A stretch of 59,900 bases of DNA, filler included, from Sphacelaria rigidula (Eukaryota), in assembly GCA_964200075.2 (NCBI GenBank). It is 7 parts of 7 records of this genome, joined end to end, with 100 filler letters (N's around TTAATTAATTAA, not from the genome) between each part and the next. Parts side by side here need not be neighbours in the genome. Positions count along the whole stretch, not along the records: positions 42,859 to 51,329 come from CAXNAA020011034.1; positions 51,430 to 59,900 come from CAXNAA020011035.1; 5 more parts are not named here. One strand, written 5' to 3'. The notes under the pieces were generated by a model. That model was not told the DNA's origin and did not search any database. It worked only from the letters and a program-made list of their open reading frames with translations. Shown here in pieces: positions 50,908 through 59,900 of the stretch (within the stretch, counting starts at the first letter, position 1; each line of letters opens with the position of its first letter). The position numbers and the translations under genes were made by a program.

Positions 50908-51329
50908 GATACTGGAGGATGACCTGTTGACTGGGCGTAGATGAATACCGTTTGAATGTGAGCGCTGAGAACGGTGTATGTTAGATCTTGAGCTTCATCT
51001 GACACGATGGACCCTGAATTTCGTCGCGTGACTAGTGATGGTATCATGGCCAATGCATTTGCGTGACATTTGTGTTGACGCCCACTACTCGATGCGAGGC
51101 CACACAATGAGTGACGCGCCCACACGCGACGACTTGAGATTGTTCGGACATGTATGGCTACAGGTACTACTGTTTACGCAATCACCGCCTACAGTGATCT
51201 CTACACGCCATGGGCACTGTGCTCCTGATTTCAGACACGAAGGATTTTCAGGAAATAGAATATACTTCCTCTGTCCCATAAGCAAAGTCCGTTATGGGCT
51301 TTTAATCGTTTGTGCATTCAAACTCTTCC

Positions 51330-51429
51330 NNNNNNNNNNNNNNNNNNNNNNNNNNNNNNNNNNNNNNNNNNNNTTAATTAATTAANNNNNNNNNNNNNNN
51401 NNNNNNNNNNNNNNNNNNNNNNNNNNNNN
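51330..51429. other. Artificial linker
   Basis: N44-TTAATTAATTAA-N44. Confidence 0.98.
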
Positions 51430-51964
51430 ATCTGTATACATGTGTGACATCAGTCTCTGATATGTCACTGCAAAGGATATCTCCCACATATATATATATA
51501 TATATATAATTCTTTTCATTTGCACACAGCCAGTCGTCCCTCAACTTGTGCTGGGATCATACAGTTATAGTCTGCCCGTGACGCTACACCCGTAACACGT
51601 GTAAGTTGTTCTTCCACGTACCAACGCTGGTACAGGCAATCGGGTCTTCGCTTGTCTTCGACGACACACGTCTGTTCTGTGCACAACCCCGTGCTAGCTA
51701 CTACCGCCACAACTTGAATAAAGTTGTATTCATCAGACCCCAGACATAGTTGTTACAAACCGCAGTTCGCTTGAATAAATTACTCAAGTAAATAAGGTCA
51801 CACGGTCCCCTCCGACGCTATTCGGCTTCCTTATCCAGTATTTCCGGATACAAGCTTCGGCTCTTGCACTTAGCATCTCTTGGTGACACGCTCCTTTGAT
51901 TCGAGCCCGCAGATCAGACATACTGCACCTTCCTTTTTAAGCACAAAGGCTGCGTACGATTATC

Positions 51965-54900
51965 ATGTCGCACAGAAATAACGCTGGCTCTTCCCCTCAA
52001 TTGGGAAACCAACCGCTTCGCCGGACCACCCGGAGTCAAACTACTGGCGGTTCGAAATCTTTCACGGTTAGGACAAATCAACTCGTGAGTCAGCTCAAAG
52101 TCATCATCTCAAAGAATAAATCATGCGTTTTTTACATCAGTTGTAATTCACGCAGTCAACCCTTCTTCATGACTCAAGGCGTGAATGGCTTGTACATGCA
52201 CGCCATGTGTGACAAGTTCGACGTGAGCGCTGGTATATGTTTCCCACCTATGGATGAATGCGGGACCCACCTACGTCAACAAGGTTAATTAATCTGCAGT
52301 CATGGGGCCTGAACCACACACACTTTTCTCAAACCTATAATGCGCGCAAGATGCCTGCACTGCACAATATGTTATATGTTATCCACCCTCGAGTGAATGT
52401 GGGACCAACACTCGGCAAAGAGTTGAATTTTACCATTTCATGTTCATGGGGCCTGTACCACGCGTATTTTTTCCCCATGGCTAATGCGCTGCATATGGGT
52501 AATCCACCCTCGACTCAGCGGACCAATGGTTTATACAGCATGACTGCTTGCGTATCATGGCGAGTCAACATGACACTAGACCCGGCAGGTACAAGGAGGC
52601 GTGGCAGTTCGCCGCGGCTGTTAGTACCGTGCACGAGCGGTACCTCTGCGTAATGGTGGAAATATGCGTTCTTCCAGTCAAGAAACATCGACGGCGTGGT
52701 CGTATGCTGTTGTATTGGGATCTCACAGGAAGGAAACACGCAATATTGTACTGAAAGCAGCTGTACGAATTGCTCCGCCGTGCCGGTACACGAAGCACTA
52801 TTCACTTTTCTGTGCTTCAGACTAACCGACAGCGAAGGGGATGTGGCCGGTACCACAGTACGGGGAAAGAAACATCGAGGATATTGTAGATTGCACATCG
52901 TGAACAAAGTCGCGCAGTGAGTGTACGGTGGTTCACCGCAGTTGGCAATTGCTGTAAAAACGGACCTTGACAGAACCCACTCGGGGTTTCCTTGTCCGGG
53001 CCCAACAAAGCATAGCACAGCAACACGGATACACTACGCTGGGCTAGGCTAGGCTACGCTACACTAGACTAGACTACAAGACACACTACAGCACATCACG
53101 ACACAGTTCCGCACAAACCAGCACGGCAGCGTACTGTGTGCTCCCACAATAAAACTCTGTACGCTGCACTATACTACACTCACGGGCTCACTACACTTAC
53201 CACAACAGAACAAGCCCAACGCAGAGCAGCGCAGTATAATACAGAACATTACTGTGATACCCTACCCTACTGAGAACGGTAACGGTACCGACTGCGCACA
53301 CGATGCTTTCAGAATTTTTGGCGATGTGACATGATGACTCTTAGTCACTCAGAACCATCATTTCAATGAATAGATCATACTAGTCGTACATCGTTTGTAA
53401 TCCATACAGCTTCCTAGCTTGTGCGTGGCTCAGCGTAACCCGAAGGTTCTCGCTTCATACCTTCCATGACTTCCGGGGTAAATAATGGGCACATAAGTCA
53501 ACTCTGCGCTGAAAATTTGGATGCATCGGTTGTACATGTCACCCATTTCTCATTATCATGAGTCGAGAACGTCATGTACAACTTGCCTGGCCAACCTGTT
53601 GGGGATGAGCGCCCGCACATTTTTCCCACCTTCGGGCTAATGCGGGACTGCCAAGTTGTACACAGATTGACTCTTCACTTCCGATGGGCCCCGAACCACG
53701 CGTAAATTTCTCACGGCTGTAATGCGCGCAAGATGACTGCGGTGCATATATGTTATCCACCCTCGACTAGTGGAACCTACGGTTTATACAGCATGACTGT
53801 TTGCGCGTCATGGCGAGTCGATTCGTATAAATATTGATTTGTCCTAACCGTGAAATCTTTCAAGGTAAGCGGCACGTCACCTTCAACACATCGCCGCACG
53901 TATGCGAGCGCTGTTCGTTCTTCGGGATCTGAAGACCAACATTCGGGCAAAGCTCGTTCTTCAAGGCTTGAAGACAAGACTTTGACGCCAAGACCTGTTC
54001 CCTCACGTTCCGACCCGGACTCAGAGAACATGGTGGTGCAACTGGCCGAGTCATTGGTCCCTGACGAACATGTCAGTGAGCCCATAACGGTGGATTCAGT
54101 CGCACACCCCTCGCTGGCCCCTGCTTTCCCGAATCCCAATGTGGAATCCGGAGTTAGGATTGTGCCCTCAGTCGAGTCGTTGCCCCTGGACACACGTGTC
54201 CAGCTTGGCCCTGCACCGGTTTCTTCAACCGTGGTACCCCGTCGCTTGACGGCTGCCAACTCTCGAGACGATTCTGTCCCGACGAAGCGCATCGCTTCTG
54301 GAGCAAGGGACTTTGTCACACGGGCTGCTTCCGTTACGGACCCCTTTCGCACGACTCTCGATAGTCCCATGCGCCCTACTGCACAGTCCAATGTCGGACC
54401 GGTAGTTGCAGCCATGCATGCTGCTATGCAAACTCTGCATCGCGCCTCTTCGGCGTCGTCGCCATCGCCAGCGTCAGCCCTCATCGAGGCATTTACGGCT
54501 TTTTGCCACGCAACGCTCCAAAATCAAGCGGCGTCTGCTCATGTGCAATTCGATGATGATTCTGCACCTGTCACGCCCAAACCCGTACGTTTGGCGTCCC
54601 GTTCGGCGACATCGCGCCCCCCGTTCGTCACTCATGATAAATTCAACGAGCATGAATCTAGCCCTTCCTCAACGTCGCAGCAGAGCCTTACTCGCGCTTC
54701 TGACCGGCGCCGCACACCAAGACGTGGCCACGACCACGTCTCCCGTTCTGGCAGTTCTAAGGGCAACTCCCAGCAAAGCTTGACTTCATCGCGCGTTTCT
54801 ACACGCTCGAAACACGTCACTCATAGATATACTTACGACGGTAGTTCACGTCACAGCTCCAACTCACCACGCGCTCCGCAGCGCCGGGTGAACGCTAACC

Positions 54901-57900
54901 GTGAACATACTCACGAGGATGCCTTGCGGCACAGATCACGATCTGCGCGCGTTAACTTGCGCTCGAACAACACCGATCATGCACCGTCGCGCATCTCTCC
55001 TGCTCAGCAATTGCCACACAGCCGTCATGTACGCAATGATAACACTGTACATGCTGATGATATCCAAAATATATATTTGGACATGTCACCGGCTCTGGAA
55101 TCCTCAATTGAGGGATCTGGCCGCACCTCATCGCACAAGCGACGACCACGCACTGACCGCGAACTACCGTCCCGTTCCGACGCTGCGCTTATTCGTTCTC
55201 TGCAACAACGTTTGACAGATCTTGAACGACAACTCGCAACAGCAACCATGGACCCCAAGTGCACTACCGCTGCTGCTAAGCCTACGAGAGAGACCACCAA
55301 CGCCGCTCCCACTACCGCCGCAGCCGCCACTACTGTGGTCACTGCGCCTTCTGCCGCCGCCACTGCAACCACGGTCCTAACTCCTGCTGCCACCCAGCCT
55401 GCAGTAGACACAGATGCGGATAGTGGTCCCACCACTGGCCCTGTCGGGGACGTCTCCGTGCGCTCGCCTCCTTCGGTGGAGGATCTTCCTCCGCTCGACG
55501 ATGAGCATTGCCCCACCGGGCTTCTGTTGGGGTTATTCAAGGACCGCCCCTGCGCGGAACAAGAACAGCCCATTCATGACTATGCGTACCAAGCCCCGGC
55601 GCTAGCCCGCAACATACTGGACCAGCAACGCAATGCTGACCAGGCTGCCGCCCGCCTCCTTTTGGAGGAACATGCTGCCAAGCTGAAGGATTTTCAGCGA
55701 CAGGCTTCACTCACCCAAGCCACCAAGACGGCGGCGCACAGGGCATTGCAGGAAGGGCAGACTGCAGCCTTGACGGCACAATGGAGGGTTCGCGAGCTAC
55801 AAGATCATGTTCGGCGCACTACGCAAGAAGCAGATTCGTCGATGGCGCGGGTGACTCACCATTAAGCCTCCCCGCCGCCTTCCGGAGACCACTTGCTTGA
55901 AGATCGACCCCCTCGACAGCCCTCGCCCACCAGGTCGGACTACGTGATACCACGTAAGTCCGACAGGGCGTCATCTGTCGCGGCCACCGCCGCCCCCACG
56001 CCGCCTCTTGCACCTGGCCCGGCGGTCACTGCCAGCCCCACCACACGCTTGCAACTTGCATCACATGATCGAGTGTAGCTTTCTCGATCTGCGGCCAATT
56101 ATACCGGCCCCCTTCACCGAAACAATCATCTGCACTGTTCCCGCTACGCTTGGAACACCATATCCCAACGCATGTTAGCCGTTATTGGTGGCTACGTAGA
56201 ACAGGGCGGCTTCTTCCCGGACGACGGCGTGTCGGCGATCACCTTGGGCCAACCGGTCCTCCAGGCGATAATCGGCGATAGTCCGCATCTCCACCGGTAC
56301 GTCGACACTGTCACCAACCTTTTTGCGGCGCTACGCGCCGCTTCTAACTCTGATCCCGCCGCGACTCTCCCCGACGATAACGAAGATGAGGATGGGTGGA
56401 CCACCACGACCTCCAATTGCCGGGGTCACAAGAAGAACCACCGTCGCGATGACGATGATAACAATTGCAGGAATTCACGCCGCCGCCATGGCGATGGAGG
56501 ATCATCCTCGGGCGGTTCCGAATCAAACCGACCGCCCCGCAAGCCGAAAGGCAAGCACACCGGAGGCAACTCTTCCGGATCATCCGCATCGGCCTGGAAC
56601 CGGTCCGGTGCAGCTCTTCCTGCCTCGGGCCCGGAGACCCCCAGGCAAGTGGTTCCTAAGTTGGCTGACGTTTCGGCCCGCATTATAGGTTTGTCCGATA
56701 CGGATACACCTGATCGTCCTTTGTCTTCTACTGCAGCCCGCGCCTTAGCAACGGCTGCGGCTGACAAAGAACGTTCCGAAGCTAGCAAAAAAGCAGCTCC
56801 CGATAGAGCTGAGTCTGCCCGAGTAGCTGCAATACAGAGACAGTATATTCAGATGGATGTGAAAAAACTCTGGCACATCAAAACCATGCCTGCAGCGGAT
56901 AACGAAGATTCGGGCCAGTTTATTTCTGCCCTTATCACGTCCATCCGCCGCACTGTTTGTAATATCCTTCACTTGGCAGATGTGACTGGCACACAACGTT
57001 TCGAAGATTCCGACTGGGTAGAGGGCTGGCAGACTCCCTTGCACAAAGCAATGCATCGATCGATCAGCCGCCGCTCTCCCGACCTCGCTGCTTCTTTGAC
57101 GCAGGTTCTCGACGGCTTCCTCGCCGAGATGGACCCGGGTCGTGCCAAGGGGAAGACAGGCCCGGTATTACTCTCTGATTTGGAGAGGCGTCTGATCGGT
57201 TACTTCGATAAAAGTGACCAGGCCAGTGCCATCCAGAGGCTGAGTTTTTTTGTCGTCGCCTCTGATGTCCCCTTCGCGGACTATCTCCGCGAATTTAAGC
57301 TTTTGGTTTCGGGTACGCCGGGTGTCGATCGTCAGAACGGACCGAGTGACGCAATGTGTCAGACTTAGATTCGCAATAGCGTTGCTCAACAGTATCCGGC
57401 TCTGATGCCGTCGTTATTTCCGGGTGTCTTGGCGCATCGCGAGGTGCCTTACGCCTCCGTTGATACTATGTGGTCTGCTTTTGTACACCAAGAGGGTAAT
57501 CTAACGCCTGCCATACGTGGTAAACCGTCAAAGTCTGTGCGTTCACAACCTACAGTTGTGTCCTCCGCTCATGCCCAAGGGGCTCGCGGCAGGAATTCGA
57601 GCTCGTCTCGCGCTTCGTGGACCTCCGACTCGGTCGCCGGTTCAGTTATGCATGTTCAGAGTACCAGAGATGCATTTAGCGCGAGTTTTGATGGTTGGCC
57701 GTTTTCCGAGGAAACCTGGGATGATGTTTATTTGACTTCAACAACGGCACTCATTACCGATGACCCCCATTTGTGGAACCCACTTCTCTCGTCTTCCGCA
57801 CGACGCAATGCCTTCAGCAGTCATGCCGGCAGTTGCATCAACTGCGATGTTCAAGGCCACGGTATACGCGACTACGACCGCCTATGCATCAATGCCTTTG

Positions 57901-59260
57901 ATCTCATGAACCCTGAATTGCAGAACAATGAACCCGCGTGGCGCCGATGGCAAAAACGCATGCGCGACTACCGCCCACCTCATCGACATTACCGTAACAA
58001 TTCGAACCAACGTGGCAACAAAAGCTCTAATCGCGGTCGCCGACACAACAACAATCACGCAAGCCCTCGCCAGAACGATCCAAATTCTCGCGACAACAAA
58101 CGTTCCGCTGATAGACACCAGCGGACGGGACCGACACAAAGTTCTAATCCCAACACCAGAAACCCTGGTACCTTCACTACGGATTGTCTAGATCCATGAC
58201 GTGCCGACGCCGGCGTTCTTCGGTCTTCCACGCTGCTGACAGCGCGAGCGAAGACGTTTTCAACACAGCCCGCGGAGTCTGTGTCTAAGATTGCTCACTC
58301 GACTCCCCCGGCACTATCCAGGAGCGTAACTGACCGCCGTTCAAATCAATCCCCCCCGTCTCGAACCTCCACACACTTTTCAACACACCCCACAGAGCCC
58401 GCGACTAAGATTGTTCGCCCGGCACCCCCGGCACTATGCAGGAGCGCAACTGACGGCCGTTCAAATCGACCCCCGTCTTCGTCCCTCCACACACAGCGTA
58501 ACAGTTGTGTCACCCCGCGACTCAGACCCACACCCGGCCTTGAACTTGGTCCTGCAGTGCCGAGTATAAGTCTGGGGTGTGGGAGGACCAACCGCCAGTC
58601 CCTGAGGCAAAGGCTTCCCTCAGCGACCGCACGCACAGGTAGTAGCAAGCCTTCTTCAGCTGACCCTAGTGTTGCTGATTTGAACCTGACCACATCGGAT
58701 CATGTAATTCCCAATCAGTTGGATCGAGCTCCTTCCCCGCGATTTTCAACACGCACGGACCTACCTTCGGCCGGTTCTAATAACAACCGCCCCAACATAT
58801 CTTCGGCCATGATCCACCAGCCAAGCTTGCATACGGAAAGCAGCCCACAAGTTTCGCTCCGTCATGCCCCGATGCTGACCCCATCCACGCAACTGGACGC
58901 AATTATGGTTTCATCCCAAAATGTTTCGGAAGTTCCCCGACCTTTGTCACGGCGAAAGAGAAAGCCCCGTAAGCATGCCCCCAAGGACGCGCGCGCATCC
59001 GAAGAAACCATCGAACAGCAATACGACACTTTTCCGGGAATAGCATCGGACATTGCTCGAACAACGGAACAAAAATTGACAAGTTACCGTTCGTATTAGA
59101 AACCAGTGCGCATGGAACGCTTTGCAGCTTGGAGAACACAGATTTTGATGGAAAAAAACTTCTCCGGGCCCCCATGTGTGTTGTATCCGCCGGGAGAAGT
59201 CTTTCGTCCTCGTTCATGGATGCCTGGCTGGGGGACAGGGGAGTCGTCTTCCCTCAGGTT
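51965..59260 (+). mobile_element. Decayed retrotransposon gag-like region (probably Ty3/Gypsy); no RT or integrase in the window
   Basis: Long intronless ORFs: 51965-52062+53861-55865, and 56172-58199 with one in-frame TAG at 57366. They contain FADYLREFKLLVS, QQYPALMPSLFPG and a degenerate knuckle CINCDVQGHGIRDY. A PBS-like TGGTGACACG lies at 51881. Confidence 0.6.
52063..53852. mobile_element. Non-autonomous DNA transposon, 1,790 bp, 19-bp TIR, 8-bp TSD (hAT- or P-like)
   Basis: Perfect TIR CACGGTTAGGACAAATCAA (52063-52081, 53834-53852) and TSD AAATCTTT (52055-52062, 53853-53860). Confidence 0.92.
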
Positions 59261-59900
59261 TTTAGAACCGTTTTCATTTTGTGGATGCAGATAATAAAAA
59301 TCAAACTCCCTACCTTTCACAGGCCTTGCGACTTCGATGCAGTTTGTTACCGTGACCATGTCCTCCTGACATCGGAATAATTATTACTTACGGGAACCTA
59401 CTCGTACTGTACCGAGCTGTCCACGCGACCACCGTGTGCTGCACATTGCCTAAGCGCCACGCTAGCAACAGTTAGGTCACCACCATAGATATCTCTTTTC
59501 ACTCCGCATGTCAAAAAGGTTTCTACCAGTGTTTGATCTCTCATACACCTCCCTCAACTGGCGCGTGGCAGGCTGTTCTCGTCGGGCACCCGGATAGGAG
59601 GAGGTCGGCGAAAATCAACGACGAATAACACCCCCTAAGTTCAAATTGGATCTATCTGTCATTGCCGCAGCACCGCCCTTGCTGGCATGTATGTGACAGG
59701 GAACAGTAGTAGCGGTGACGGGAAGATTGCCCTATTTTTTCAACGACACGTTTTTCAGCGCACAGGGGCACGTCCTGTCCAAAAGGAGAGACAGAGAGAA
59801 ATCGATCTTCGCGTTGGCGACAGGTAAGAAGAGACGACGGAATCCCTTCGCAGCTCGGTGTTTCGGGACATTAAACATTTGGCACATGCTGGTAAGATCG

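Noticed and set aside
59100-59260. Aspartic protease active site after the gag region
   Set aside because: WLGDRGV only loosely resembles D(T/S)G, and the sequence changes character right after it.

Overview
This is eukaryotic DNA, very probably from a brown alga (Phaeophyceae): it has an EsV-1-7 repeat gene, long GT-AG introns and a brown-algal-style transposon landscape. It is not one contiguous locus. Six identical 100-nt linkers (N44-TTAATTAATTAA-N44) join seven segments of 8,471-8,472 bp, so adjacency across linkers has no meaning. Four spliced host genes can be partly rebuilt: a PX+DEP-domain protein, a kinesin-6-like motor (7 in-phase exons), an EsV-1-7 repeat protein with a long disordered WG-rich tail, and two exons of a bacterial-type PqqB-like metallo-beta-lactamase-fold hydrolase. 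Most of the rest is mobile DNA: a decayed Copia lacking its integrase core, a decayed Gypsy-like gag region split by a 1,790-bp TIR element with an 8-bp TSD, an RTE-type LINE remnant, a spliced transposase-like pseudogene, tRNA-derived SINEs and foldback elements. Three structures are the most unusual: (1) a 415-bp TRIM whose PBS is the 5' strand of an internal tRNA-like fold ending in CCA, possibly a self-encoded primer; (2) a ~200-bp MITE family with TG...CA ends and 5-bp TSDs that carries (CCCTAA)n telomere-like repeats; (3) a short retroposon family ending in poly(C) that sits at C/G runs, one copy of which duplicated a splice donor. All calls are by eye, without database searches.
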